Shown piece after piece: positions 48,762-58,550 of a stretch of DNA of 64,000 nucleotides. The stretch spans positions 1,856,001 through 1,920,000 of the forward strand of contig OZ244170.1 of the NCBI GenBank assembly GCA_965216565.1. Reading direction: 5' to 3'. The notes under the pieces were generated by a model. The model was not told the DNA's origin, ran no database searches, and was given only the letters and a program-made list of their open reading frames with translations. The stretch comes from Bythopirellula sp. GTDB lineage: Bacteria; Planctomycetota; Planctomycetia; Pirellulales; Lacipirellulaceae. The stretch's first letter is position 1. Each line of letters opens with the position of its first letter. Position numbers and translations under genes: made by a program.

Positions 48762-51671
48762 CTATCGGTTACTGCGGCGCGATTCACGATTCTGCTTGGG
48801 TTGCGGTTGCTGCTGCCCATTCTGACCCGCTTGTGCCTTTTGAGCCTGTCCCGCTTGCAAGGGCTTGCCCCCTGGCCAGGGCGAAGCCAAGGAATTGTTT
48901 AAGACTTTCTGGATCGTCTCGGCATCCAGCATTCCCTTCACTTCATGGGTGACGACTACCGTCTTGGGTTTGGCGGCCTCGTCGAGCTTACCGATGGTCT
49001 CGATAATGCTCTGCATCAACTCTTCGCGGGCACAGATGATTAGTGAGTTGGAAATCTCGTCGACACCCACCGACAACACACCGGCAAACTTGATCACCAT
49101 CGGGTTGCCCCGATCATCGCGGGTCCGCTGAATATCGCGGAAGACGTAGCTCCGTGAGGTACTAAACGTGGTGGACTTGCCCTCTTTGTCTTGAAATTCC
49201 TTATCTTTGGAACTGAGTAAATCGCGATAGGCATCACGCAACGACGCGGCAATATCGCTGGCACGCGAATACTTCACTTGAACGACTTCGGTCTTGCGGG
49301 GCAGAAAGTCTTCCTGCTCCGCCGGCTGATCGTATTGATCGATGATGCCTTTGATCGTGGCTAACTGCGAAGGACTAGCGTTAGCTACTATGACCGTGTT
49401 GGTCCAAGAATCGTCGATAAATCGTAGTGGCCTTCGCTTACCGAGCGTTAGCGGGCCAGGTTCGGGTTTGGTTTGCACTCTTCTGCCCCACCAATCGCGG
49501 GTTGAATCTCCTTCTTCCTCCATCTCGTCCTCAAAATAGACTTCTAGGTTGTAGACGACATCGTAAGCAGGAATGTAACGCAACTTGAAATAGTGAAACT
49601 CCGGCTCGGAAGGTGTAAGTGACTCCAGAATATCTTGAAGCTGGTCGAGTGCTTGCGTGTCCTTCGAGGCAATGATTAGCTCGCCTTCGGAATTGACTGT
49701 GATCTTGATGGGGGCAGGCTCAGCCGCAGATTCAACTTCGTTTGGTTTGGCATCTTGCACATCGCTAACAGTGTTCTGAACTAGCAGAAACTGAGTTCGA
49801 TTGACCCGGGTGAGACGATCATCTTCTCGTCCATCCTTTGGCTTGGCAGGCTGGTCGTTCTGCTGTTGTTCGGCAGACTCGATCTCGATTTCGAGTTTAT
49901 TGTCACCCGGCCAGGTGGCTTTGAGCTTCTCCAACAGTTTCTTCATCCCTTCTGGGTCTTGCGCTTTGAAACGTCGCACCATGCGATTGTCACCAAAACT
50001 TCCGTCCGGGTTTTGACGCAACTTTGTGATGAGCTTGTTGACCTCACCCAATTCATCCTCGCTGGCCCACAGCAGGAGTCGATTGTTTTCAATATCAGGA
50101 AAGACGCGAAATTTGCTCTTCGCATCGTCCTTCTTGTCATCCCTCCGAAAGTAATACCACGGATAATTATCTTCTTCGTCTTCCTCTTCCATGCCACCGA
50201 TGAGGGCCTGAATCGAACCGGCAACTTGATCGGCAGGTAAATTGGGCGGCAGCCAAATCACTTCGGCTCGCCGTCCCGAACCGTCTAGCGTGCCAATCAT
50301 TTCCTTGATCTTGTTGTGATCCTTGGAAGTAGCGTACGCAAAAATCGTTTTACTTTTGCTGTCGCTCTTCAACTGCGTGAGCGGATCGAGGTCGCCAATC
50401 TCGGTGAGCGCCGTGATGATCGAATCCGTACTGGCGGTCAGCGTCTTGTAGCGTTCCATCGAAAATTTGCCGTCGTCGATGGTAGTTTCACTCCGATCGC
50501 CAACGTCGAGGATCCGAATGGTCTCTTCAATTTGGGGGAATTTATCCTCCGGTGCATTAACCAGAACAATGTTATTTTTCTGATCCACCGCGACATAGAC
50601 CTTGGGCGCTCCGCCGCTCATGAGCTTCGACACATCTTTGCCCTGCTGCTGCATTTGCATCATCATCTGCATTTGCTTGGGATTTACCTGCGGGGCCTTG
50701 GGAGCCTTGCGAGTGGCAGGGTCGAGGCCAAGAATGATCATGATTTGATCGGCAACAAAGTCGGCACGACGATTGCTTATCTTGAAGAACCGGGGACTGA
50801 TGACCGAATCGGACGCCATCTGCTCGGCATAAAGCAAGTCACGCACGCTCCGCAAATTGGCCACGATATCGATGACCATGAGCCGCTTGGATGCCAATAA
50901 CGGGTGCACCTTGGCATTGGGACTCAGCAGCAGTTTCACGTCCTCGGCAGCCTTGGCCGGTTCCATCGTGGACGGCAACTCGAACTGGACACGGACGAAA
51001 TCGTAAGGGGCATGATCTTCTAAATCATCGGGCTGCACCTTCGGCACTAAGCTCGGATCGAGATTGCTGAGCTTGACGACCGAAAGCAGTTCGCCACGCG
51101 TAAGCATGGTGAATCCCCGCGCCAGCAGCCGTTGATTCAATAAATCATGTGCCTCTTGGAGCGTATACTTACGACGCGTTGTCAAATTAAGGAAATCAGC
51201 AGGCAACTCCATCCAATCGAGTGTGTACTTAGCGGCGTCGGCATAGTCTTCCAAAACGTCGGTCCAAGGTTGCCCGCGATAATTGAACTGCACTCGGCCA
51301 TCTTTATCAGCTTGGAGTTTAATGCGATTTGGATCGAACTCAGCCGGCCGATCGGTGGGACGCTTGATGGTTTTTGTATCCTCGCCTTTCTCTTCCTCCT
51401 TCTTTTCCCCTTCTTTGCTTTTGTCTTCCTTCTTGTCGTCTTTCTTGTCAGGCTGCGCGGACTTTCGGCCACGCTTCCTCGCCTCTTGCATCTGCTTGAC
51501 TTGTTCGGCAGTCATCGGTTGTGCGCCGAAGACCGCTTGCTGCGCCAAGACCTCTCCGCTGCCGAGGCATAGCAGCAGCACAATTCCCAATAAAAAAGCG
51601 CGTAGGCCATTCCAGGTACTAGGAGAAAGAGATGGGAGGTACGCCCAGGGGCGAGAGTTACGCGAAGCCAT
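48762..51671 (-). CDS. Secretin N-terminal (NolW-like) repeat protein without a C-terminal secretin barrel
   Basis: FNYRGQPWTDVL, repeated D...N...V.A motifs, I..LD helices. Start at ATG 51671 preferred (track 51764). Confidence 0.8.
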   Translation of the reverse strand: MASRNSRPWAYLPSLSPSTWNGLRAFLLGIVLLLCLGSGEVLAQQAVFGAQPMTAEQVKQMQEARKRGRKSAQPDKKDDKKEDKSKEGEKKEEEKGEDTKTIKRPTDRPAEFDPNRIKLQADKDGRVQFNYRGQPWTDVLEDYADAAKYTLDWMELPADFLNLTTRRKYTLQEAHDLLNQRLLARGFTMLTRGELLSVVKLSNLDPSLVPKVQPDDLEDHAPYDFVRVQFELPSTMEPAKAAEDVKLLLSPNAKVHPLLASKRLMVIDIVANLRSVRDLLYAEQMASDSVISPRFFKISNRRADFVADQIMIILGLDPATRKAPKAPQVNPKQMQMMMQMQQQGKDVSKLMSGGAPKVYVAVDQKNNIVLVNAPEDKFPQIEETIRILDVGDRSETTIDDGKFSMERYKTLTASTDSIITALTEIGDLDPLTQLKSDSKSKTIFAYATSKDHNKIKEMIGTLDGSGRRAEVIWLPPNLPADQVAGSIQALIGGMEEEDEEDNYPWYYFRRDDKKDDAKSKFRVFPDIENNRLLLWASEDELGEVNKLITKLRQNPDGSFGDNRMVRRFKAQDPEGMKKLLEKLKATWPGDNKLEIEIESAEQQQNDQPAKPKDGREDDRLTRVNRTQFLLVQNTVSDVQDAKPNEVESAAEPAPIKITVNSEGELIIASKDTQALDQLQDILESLTPSEPEFHYFKLRYIPAYDVVYNLEVYFEDEMEEEGDSTRDWWGRRVQTKPEPGPLTLGKRRPLRFIDDSWTNTVIVANASPSQLATIKGIIDQYDQPAEQEDFLPRKTEVVQVKYSRASDIAASLRDAYRDLLSSKDKEFQDKEGKSTTFSTSRSYVFRDIQRTRDDRGNPMVIKFAGVLSVGVDEISNSLIICAREELMQSIIETIGKLDEAAKPKTVVVTHEVKGMLDAETIQKVLNNSLASPWPGGKPLQAGQAQKAQAGQNGQQQPQPKQNRESRRSNR

Positions 51672-51767
51672 CTTCAACCTCTGCTCGGATAGAAGAAGGG
51701 AGAATGGGGAGGGCAGTCGGCACGTCGGGCGCCGAGCATACTTGCAGCCGTTATTATACCCCACCGG

Positions 51768-52775
51768 CTAGGCCGATTCCAAATCAGAAATCACTGCCTG
51801 AGTGAATTCCCGGGTTGAAGCTTTGCCACCCAGATCGCCGGTTCGCACGTCACCAGCAGACAAAACGTTGCCCAGAGCAGTCTCGACGCGGTCGGCTGCC
51901 TCCCTCTCGCCCAGATAACGCAACATCAGCACTGCACTGAGAATCAAAGCCGTGGGGTTCGCAAGCCCCTTGCCGGCAATGTCAGGAGCGGAGCCATGCA
52001 CAGCTTCGAAGACCGCAAGATCCTCACCCACATTAGCACTAGGGGTGACGCCTAGGCCACCGACAAGCCCACTGGTGAGATCCGACAAAATATCGCCGAA
52101 CAAATTCTCCATCACCAATACGTCGAATTGACTCGGATCGCTCACAAGTTTCATCGCCGCCGCGTCGACAATGCAATCGTCGAACTCAACGTCGGGATAT
52201 TTCTCTGCCACCTCCCGGCATGTATCTAGAAACAGCCCATCACTAAGCTTCAAGATATTTGCTTTGTGAACGCAGGTGACACGCTTGCGATTCTGCCGCT
52301 TCGCAGTGTCGAAGGCGAACTTAGCGATCCGCTCCGAGGCCTTTTTGGTAATGACACGCAAACTTTCTACAACGCCTGGGACGACGGTATGTTCTAACCC
52401 GCTGTAGAGCCCTTCGGTGTTTTCGCGGATAACAATCAGATCAACATCTTCGAATCGTGTCTTGATTCCGGGAATCGATCGTGCTGGTCGAAAGTTGGCA
52501 AACAGATTCAGTTTCTGCCGTAACGCCACGTTCACGCTGCGAAAGCCAGTGCCCGAGGGCGTTGCCGTTGGACCCTTCAACGTGGCATCCGCAGCTTTCA
52601 CTGCTGCGAGCGTTTCTTCAGGCAACGGATCACCGAGTGCCTCCAACGCCGACTGGCCTGCTGCGGCTTCGCTCCAGTCCACTTCGACACCGGCAGCTTC
52701 GACAACCTGCTGCGCTGCTGCGACCACTTCAGGTCCAATTCCGTCGCCGGGGATCACTACCATGTTGTACGACAT
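51768..52775 (-). CDS. NAD-dependent isocitrate/isopropylmalate dehydrogenase family enzyme (IDH-like)
   Basis: IPGDGIGPEV, SVNVALR, RENTEGLY, HKANI, NLFGDILSD, EAVHGSAPDIAG. Confidence 0.93.
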   Translation of the reverse strand: MSYNMVVIPGDGIGPEVVAAAQQVVEAAGVEVDWSEAAAGQSALEALGDPLPEETLAAVKAADATLKGPTATPSGTGFRSVNVALRQKLNLFANFRPARSIPGIKTRFEDVDLIVIRENTEGLYSGLEHTVVPGVVESLRVITKKASERIAKFAFDTAKRQNRKRVTCVHKANILKLSDGLFLDTCREVAEKYPDVEFDDCIVDAAAMKLVSDPSQFDVLVMENLFGDILSDLTSGLVGGLGVTPSANVGEDLAVFEAVHGSAPDIAGKGLANPTALILSAVLMLRYLGEREAADRVETALGNVLSAGDVRTGDLGGKASTREFTQAVISDLESA

Positions 52776-52790
52776 CGAAGAATTCTCTCG

Positions 52791-53222
52791 CTAATCTAAT
52801 GCGTCAAATGGAATAGACAACGCCGAAGCGCCACCGGCCGTTACCGAGATCGCCAGCAACCCACCCTCGGGATAGTCCCCTGCGAACATGGGCTGCAGAT
52901 AGGGAAAGACCGTCGGCAGTTGTGCCGCACAGTCCTGCCAAGCAAATGCTTGACTGTAGACGGTGGTATGTTCCTCGTCCGTCTCGCCATCCGCGACATT
53001 CTCAGCGATTGCGTTGTCGACCTCTTCCCCCAACCAACCCCGCGCAATTTCTCCGCCGATTTCGTCCTCGCAATCGAGCAAGATCACCACGGGTTGATCG
53101 ACGCCCTCCGACTTGGCGGATTGGTACACCTCGCCCACCAAATGCAAACTATCTTCGAGCAGTTGTTGCTGGGCATCGAGGGCATCGGCCGATTCGTCAG
53201 AATGATCTGGGGGAGGGGACAT
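52791..53222 (-). CDS. Acidic hypothetical protein
   Basis: 143-aa ORF 15 nt upstream of the IDH-like gene. Confidence 0.75.
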   Translation of the reverse strand: MSPPPDHSDESADALDAQQQLLEDSLHLVGEVYQSAKSEGVDQPVVILLDCEDEIGGEIARGWLGEEVDNAIAENVADGETDEEHTTVYSQAFAWQDCAAQLPTVFPYLQPMFAGDYPEGGLLAISVTAGGASALSIPFDALD

Positions 53223-53312
53223 TGCGTGCTAAAGGTTGCTACAGGATCTGTTTGGAAATGAAGCTCAGAGCCTACATGGCCTAAGGATTTTCCACAAGAA
53301 GAGGCACAGACC

Positions 53313-53353
53313 AAAAAAGAACGGCCTGGCTGCCAATTCGGCAACCAGGCCGT
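53313..53353 (-). terminator. Rho-independent terminator
   Basis: Minus strand acggcctggttgccgaattggcagccaggccgt followed by tctttttt. Confidence 0.85.
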
Positions 53354-53375
53354 GTTTGATGTGCTTTGAGAACAG

Positions 53376-53600
53376 GCTACTGTACCAAGGTAATGCAGCA
53401 GCGGGATCTCAGAAGCAGGTGGTGGGTGGTGCCACTAAGTGTGACAACCCGCCGGTCGTCAACGGCTACCACCCCACTGATGTTTATGATATTCGTTCAA
53501 CGAACCACCTCCTTCCTTACAATGTCTTGGCAGCAACAGCGTCAATCATCAGAGGACGCCTGCGGCCGAATTGCCCGTCGTGCTGCGTTCGCACGACCCT
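53376..53600 (-). ncRNA. Candidate structured small RNA (rod-like, 6S-like architecture) or SD-sequestered mini-ORF transcript
   Basis: TATAAT at 53608-53613 upstream and terminator downstream. Nested pairings: gttgctgccaag/cttggtacagtagc, gaaggaggtggt/accacctgcttc, tggggtggtagcc/ggcaccaccca, tgacgacc/ggttgtca. Confidence 0.55.
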
Positions 53601-53789
53601 TGCCAACATTATAGTCGGCAATCATCCCAAGAGCCCGCACCTGTTTTGTGCCAATGCACGTCCGGACCTGGGACAACTGCAGAAAAGAGCCTAATTACCG
53701 CGATAAGGTTCGCAAAGTTTATTTGCATTTTTTCATTTTTTTTGGGTGCCGAAGGGTAAAATCTGGAACGCTCTTCGGCAGGAATCAAA

Positions 53790-55187
53790 ATGAATCGCCG
53801 CCAACTCCAAAAACTCGGCATCCCACCTCACTGCGCCCAAATAGCCGTCGACGCCGTGCGAACCGCCGCTTCCGAAGGCCTCGGCATGGGGCTCAAGGGA
53901 AAGCGGATGCGGCAGTTGATCTCTCAAGTGGCGGCCAGTCCGGAAACCTTCCGCGGCGATCCAGCTTGGGGTGCATTGGCCCAGGCGCTCGTGGAAAACG
54001 AGCAGATCGTCCCCCACGAGCCCATCAAATACCGCACCTGGGGGGAAGACATTGATCCCGCCGCCCACGTGCAAATGCGCGATGCCTGCCATGTGCCGAA
54101 TGCCGTGGGAGCAGCCCTCATGCCAGACGCCCATGTCGGCTATGGCCTGCCCATTGGCGGAGTGCTCGCCTGCCAGGGGGCGGTCATTCCGTATGCCGTG
54201 GGTGTCGATATCGCCTGTCGGATGAAACTCTCCGTGCTCGACATGCCGGTCGAAAATCTAGAGACCAAACGCGAACCGTTTCGAGTTGCGCTCGAAAAAG
54301 GAACTCGCTTCGGAGTAGGCTGCCAACACAAGCCGGCCCAATCGCACGAGGTGATGGATGACAATTGGAACGTCACCCGCATCACCCGCGAGAAAAAAGA
54401 CACTGCCTGGAAGCAACTCGGCACCTCAGGTTCAGGAAACCACTTCGTCGAATTCGGCACGCTCACTCTCAACCACCGAGACGACGAACTCGACCTCGAC
54501 GCCGGCCAGTACGTTGCGCTACTCAGCCACAGCGGAAGCCGCGGCGTAGGGGCAGCCGTTTGCAGCACCTATAGCCAAATCGCCCAGCGACAACTTCCTA
54601 AACGATACGAAAAACTGGGCCGACTCGCTTGGCTTGATCTCAAGAGCGAAGCCGGCCAGGAATATTGGGAAGCGATGAACCTGATGGGACGTTACGCCGC
54701 GGCCAACCATGCCGTGATCCATCGGCTAGTCTCCCAACAGTTGGGGGCGCACATCATCAGCGGCGTGGAAAACCATCACAACTTTGCCTGGCTCGAAAAG
54801 CATCGGGGCGAGGAAGTTGTCGTCCACCGCAAGGGAGCGACCCCCGCGGGGCCGGGCGTGCTGGGCGTCATCCCGGGTTCGATGGCCGACCCCGCATTTG
54901 TGGTGCGAGGATTAGGCCTGCCGGAAAGCTTCGACTCTGCCTCGCACGGCGCAGGCCGACGCATGTCGCGCCGGCAGGCCAAGGACACCTTTCGCATTTC
55001 CCACGTCCGCAAAGACTTGGCCGAGCGAGGCATCGAAGTTCTCGCCGCCGGCAGCGACGAAGTCCCGGGCGTGTATAAGGACATTCGCAGCGTGATGGCC
55101 GCCCAACAAGATCTCGTAGAAGTCGTCGCCCAATTCGATCCCCGCATCGTCAAAATGTGCGGCGATGGCAGCAAACCAGAAGATTGA
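53790..55187 (+). CDS. rtcB: RtcB family RNA 3'-phosphate ligase
   Basis: MPDAHVGYGLPIGG, VGVDIAC, QLGTSGSGNHFVE, HSGSRG, NHHNFAW, HRKGAT, PGSM, SHGAGR, DEVP.VYK. Confidence 0.96.
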   Translation: MNRRQLQKLGIPPHCAQIAVDAVRTAASEGLGMGLKGKRMRQLISQVAASPETFRGDPAWGALAQALVENEQIVPHEPIKYRTWGEDIDPAAHVQMRDACHVPNAVGAALMPDAHVGYGLPIGGVLACQGAVIPYAVGVDIACRMKLSVLDMPVENLETKREPFRVALEKGTRFGVGCQHKPAQSHEVMDDNWNVTRITREKKDTAWKQLGTSGSGNHFVEFGTLTLNHRDDELDLDAGQYVALLSHSGSRGVGAAVCSTYSQIAQRQLPKRYEKLGRLAWLDLKSEAGQEYWEAMNLMGRYAAANHAVIHRLVSQQLGAHIISGVENHHNFAWLEKHRGEEVVVHRKGATPAGPGVLGVIPGSMADPAFVVRGLGLPESFDSASHGAGRRMSRRQAKDTFRISHVRKDLAERGIEVLAAGSDEVPGVYKDIRSVMAAQQDLVEVVAQFDPRIVKMCGDGSKPED

Positions 55188-55258
55188 TACGAAATCGCGA
55201 AAGGAATTACAGAAAAAGCCCTAGCCGCCAAGCCCAACTCACTAGAAAGGATCCTTCG

Positions 55259-55906
55259 ATGAACGCTCCAGTCTCATGTGTCGCGACGATGTTCGCGACG
55301 ATGCTCGGGATGATGCTCGGACTATCTCTCCTACTCCCCAGCGCGAGTTATGCCGATGAGTTGCAAGACTTGAAAGCACGGGTGGCTGCACTGGAAGAGA
55401 GACTCGCGACATTGGAGCAATCGCTGCAACCCGTTATGTCTGAGGTTTCAGCCAAGCAGCTCCGCGAGCAGAATCAGCAAGTCGCCCGCGAGCGGATGAG
55501 ACAAGACCAGGAAAACTATTCCAACGATCAGCTCCGCGAGATAGAGGCCCTCTACCAGGTCGCCAACAAGAAATGGAGGACAGAGGAAGCGCAACAAAGC
55601 CTGCAGCAACTTATCGAAAAATACGACAAGGCGAACCGCACCGGCTGCGCAATTCTCTACCTCGGTCAAATGAGCAAGGGAGACAAAAAGCTCGAATATC
55701 TCAAGCAGGCCATCGAACACGGCGATTGCTATTACGGCAATGGCGTTCAAGTGGGCCCGTACGCCCGATTCCATCTAGCTCACCACTATCGAAGCCAGGG
55801 CAAAACAGAAGAGGCCCAGAAGCTATTCGCTGAAATCCGCGAGAGCTTCCCCCAAGCGATCGACCATAAAGGCAATCGGCTAACGCTATCTATTCCCGAG
55901 CAATAG
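55259..55906 (+). CDS. Secreted coiled-coil/TPR-like protein
   Basis: Signal peptide, ELQDLKARVAALEERL, TPR-like helices; AAGGA RBS before ATG 55259. Confidence 0.8.
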   Translation: MNAPVSCVATMFATMLGMMLGLSLLLPSASYADELQDLKARVAALEERLATLEQSLQPVMSEVSAKQLREQNQQVARERMRQDQENYSNDQLREIEALYQVANKKWRTEEAQQSLQQLIEKYDKANRTGCAILYLGQMSKGDKKLEYLKQAIEHGDCYYGNGVQVGPYARFHLAHHYRSQGKTEEAQKLFAEIRESFPQAIDHKGNRLTLSIPEQ

Positions 55907-56106
55907 GGGCACAAAGCCCACAGGCTTAACGTCTGCTGCGTGTGAATTCTCAGCGGCCACGGTTTTGTGGGTGTCAGCAAAACGTTCGAAAAACCGTTGA
56001 ATTGCCAAATGATCGCTGTACATTAGGGACTAGGGTTCGCGGTCGCTTGGCCAGGATTGAAGGATTCGACCTCTTTAAGCTACTCATAGACTTCAGGAGC
56101 ACGCTA

Positions 56107-57144
56107 ATGAACTTCGACAATGCGTTCAAATCAAAGACCTTGCGGTCATTCCTCTTTGTCATTGTTGCAGCAATCTTTGCCACGCTGTCAACTTATTGCT
56201 TTGCTCAAGAAGTAAGCCCCACCACAGACCGACCCGCACTTTACGACGCAGAGGCGGGCGTCTATTACCAAGCAGCCGGAACGCGTCGTCACGATGTTGC
56301 TGACGCAGTCTATACGGCTCTTTCAACGCAATCGCAGTACGATCCCGTAGGCGATATTATCTATTCCGACCCCGGCGGTACCTTTCGTTGTTCTGGAACC
56401 TTGATTTCGGACAGCCACGTCCTCACTGCCGCCCATTGTATGGACGGCGGAGACGCCCAAGGCCCCGCCACTCCAAGTGCTATTCAATTCACGCTCCCAA
56501 CGGTTGGTACTCTGACGGGCGACGTCAGCAAGGTGACTGTCAATCCAAACTGGACAGGCAACCTAACCAACGGCAATGACATTGCCATTTTCGAGTTGAC
56601 TGCGCCTGTGGGAAGCGTAACACCCGCCCAACGCTACGATGCGGGTACACTGGGTAGCGAAGGAGGCAGTGTTGCCACAAGCGTTGGCTATGGTCGTACG
56701 GGGACAGGCCTCACAGGCGATACTCTCGGCTCGGGAACGCGTCGAGCTGGTGATAATGTGTTGGACGCACTCGGGAGCGTCTTCGGTTGGTCTACGGACA
56801 TTCTACTAGTCGATTTCGACGAGCCTGGCGACCCCAACGAGTCTGTCTTCGGCAGCAATGTCCCCCTAGCCAACGAGTACAACATTGCCCCGGGAGACTC
56901 GGGTGGAGGAGCTTTTACCAACGTCAGTGGCACACACTACCTGACTGGCGTCCACTCTTTGATCTGGGCCATCGACGGCAATACCAACTCCGATTACGGC
57001 GACGGTGGGGGATTCATTAGGGTTTCCGATCACAATGCCTGGATCAACTCCGTCGTGCCCGAACCCACTTCCGCGGGTTTGTGTATGCTGGGAATGCTAT
57101 TGCTGGCAGCACGTCGTCCTAGATCGGGCGTGACACAGGTTTAG
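56107..57144 (+). CDS. Trypsin-like serine protease with PEP-CTERM
   Basis: CSGTLI, LTAAHC, NDIAI, GDSGG; VPEPTS; AGGAG RBS before ATG 56107. Confidence 0.93.
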   Translation: MNFDNAFKSKTLRSFLFVIVAAIFATLSTYCFAQEVSPTTDRPALYDAEAGVYYQAAGTRRHDVADAVYTALSTQSQYDPVGDIIYSDPGGTFRCSGTLISDSHVLTAAHCMDGGDAQGPATPSAIQFTLPTVGTLTGDVSKVTVNPNWTGNLTNGNDIAIFELTAPVGSVTPAQRYDAGTLGSEGGSVATSVGYGRTGTGLTGDTLGSGTRRAGDNVLDALGSVFGWSTDILLVDFDEPGDPNESVFGSNVPLANEYNIAPGDSGGGAFTNVSGTHYLTGVHSLIWAIDGNTNSDYGDGGGFIRVSDHNAWINSVVPEPTSAGLCMLGMLLLAARRPRSGVTQV

Positions 57145-57220
57145 CCACAATCTACGATACAAGTAGTTGGTTCTGAGATCGGCTTGGGGCCAACTTTTCA
57201 CATTTTTGTGGATGAATGCT

Positions 57221-57529
57221 ATGCGTCTATTATGGATTCGTTCGGCTGCGACAACGCTACTGACGCTTGCCTTGTTTGGCTCATGCAATTCTCTCTGCCA
57301 GGCCTTTGAGACGCTGATTGGTGCTGAGCCTCCAATCTATAGCGATTTCGTCGAACTTCCTGACGGCAGCACCATGAAAGTGGACTACCGAGTTTCCGGC
57401 GAATTGGTCGCTCCGCCCGCCGACCAATTGGGATCCGTTGGCAAGGTCATTCCCGAGCCCAACACAGCAATGCTGATCTTGGCTGGCTCTGGTCTAGGCA
57501 TGCTCAGTGTGCGGAGAATCAGTCGATAG
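57221..57529 (+). CDS. Very short PEP-CTERM protein
   Basis: Signal peptide, about 50-aa mature part, IPEPNTAMLILAGSGLGMLSVRRISR. Start uncertain. Confidence 0.75.
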   Translation: MRLLWIRSAATTLLTLALFGSCNSLCQAFETLIGAEPPIYSDFVELPDGSTMKVDYRVSGELVAPPADQLGSVGKVIPEPNTAMLILAGSGLGMLSVRRISR

Positions 57530-57572
57530 GCGGCAGCCGCCATCTCTCTGAACGTTATTGGAGGCGACAGCC

Positions 57573-57806
57573 ATGCCCTCGAAACGCTCTACCACTCCGC
57601 TGGACCGCTTCACCGTTTTCGTAGGCATTGCAGTCCCGCTGACACTGCTGCTGGGAGTCTCGGTTTACGTTGCACACTTAGTTTCCAGTGGAGCATTCAC
57701 GTCATCTCGACCATCCGTCCATTTGATAGTCGCAGCCTGGGTAGCGTTCGCCATGCTTTGCGCGAGCTTCGTCGTAGCGATGAAGCGAGGCCGCAAGCAA
57801 GCATAA
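57573..57806 (+). CDS. Small 2-TM membrane protein
   Basis: GGAGG RBS; two hydrophobic helices. Confidence 0.65.
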   Translation: MPSKRSTTPLDRFTVFVGIAVPLTLLLGVSVYVAHLVSSGAFTSSRPSVHLIVAAWVAFAMLCASFVVAMKRGRKQA

Positions 57807-57917
57807 AGTAGCTATTGGCCCAAATTCCCATTCCCCGCCACGTTGGCGGTGTCTGCCAAGACACTGCGAAACGATTCTGGTACTGCGGAGCACAAACGCA
57901 AAAACGCCCAAAGCAAA

Positions 57918-58024
57918 TAGCCACGAAAATCACAAAGACGCACAAAAAACCTCAACAAATCAATTTTTGTGTCTTCTTGTGTTTCTTGTGGCTATGTCTC
58001 TCTCGGCTATGTTTCTTGTGGCTA
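57918..58024. repeat. Palindromic repeat (AGCCAC..AAA..CACAAA type) with partially duplicated right arm
   Basis: tagccacgaaaatcacaaagacgcacaaaaa ... tttttgtgtcttcttgtgtttcttgtggcta, then a second tgtttcttgtggctatg. Confidence 0.7.
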
Positions 58025-58043
58025 TGACTATAAAGGACTTCCC

Positions 58044-58337
58044 CTAGTCAACATTGCGCCGTTTCGAAGAAAGCAAGCCCAAGACCGCCGCGAACAGGGC
58101 GCCGCCGATGATCGACCAAACGATGGGAAACGACTCGTCGCCGACTTGGATGGAAAAGATCTCCGGCAATCCCGTGGCTCTGGCCAGCCACACGCCCAGC
58201 AGGGATCCGATAAATCCCAACGCGATGGCAGTAAGACATCCACCCCGGGAAAAACCAGCCAGCGACTGAGCAATCGCCCCGCACACTCCGGCGATTAGAA
58301 GTAGTAACAGCAATTCCATCATAGCCATGAATTTCAC
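58044..58337 (-). CDS. GlsB/YeaQ/YmgE (transglycosylase-associated) membrane protein
   Basis: IAGVCGAIA, IALGFIGSLLG, WSIIGGAL. Start may be a downstream Met. Confidence 0.85.
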   Translation of the reverse strand: MKFMAMMELLLLLLIAGVCGAIAQSLAGFSRGGCLTAIALGFIGSLLGVWLARATGLPEIFSIQVGDESFPIVWSIIGGALFAAVLGLLSSKRRNVD

Positions 58338-58550
58338 TCTACAAAATCGAGATGGTTAATCAACCAGAACCGTATCGTTTCAACCCAATTTTGTAACGGA
58401 TGTTGACTATCGTCAATCGCGGTCTCACGACTCAGACGGTGCCACTACACAATAATTGCTCCAAAATTGCTCCAAGGATCTTGCAAAGAAAAGTTTCGAA
58501 GTACGAGCAACGCCATAAAGCCTAATCTCAGTTTGCTCAACTCAGGTCGC

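Noticed and set aside
53236..53694. 152-aa plus-strand ORF
   Set aside because: It crosses a terminator and structured region, has atypical composition and lacks an RBS.
53636..53780. Sigma54 promoters near rtcB (TGGCAC / TGGAAC)
   Set aside because: The -12 TTGC element is absent or mis-spaced.
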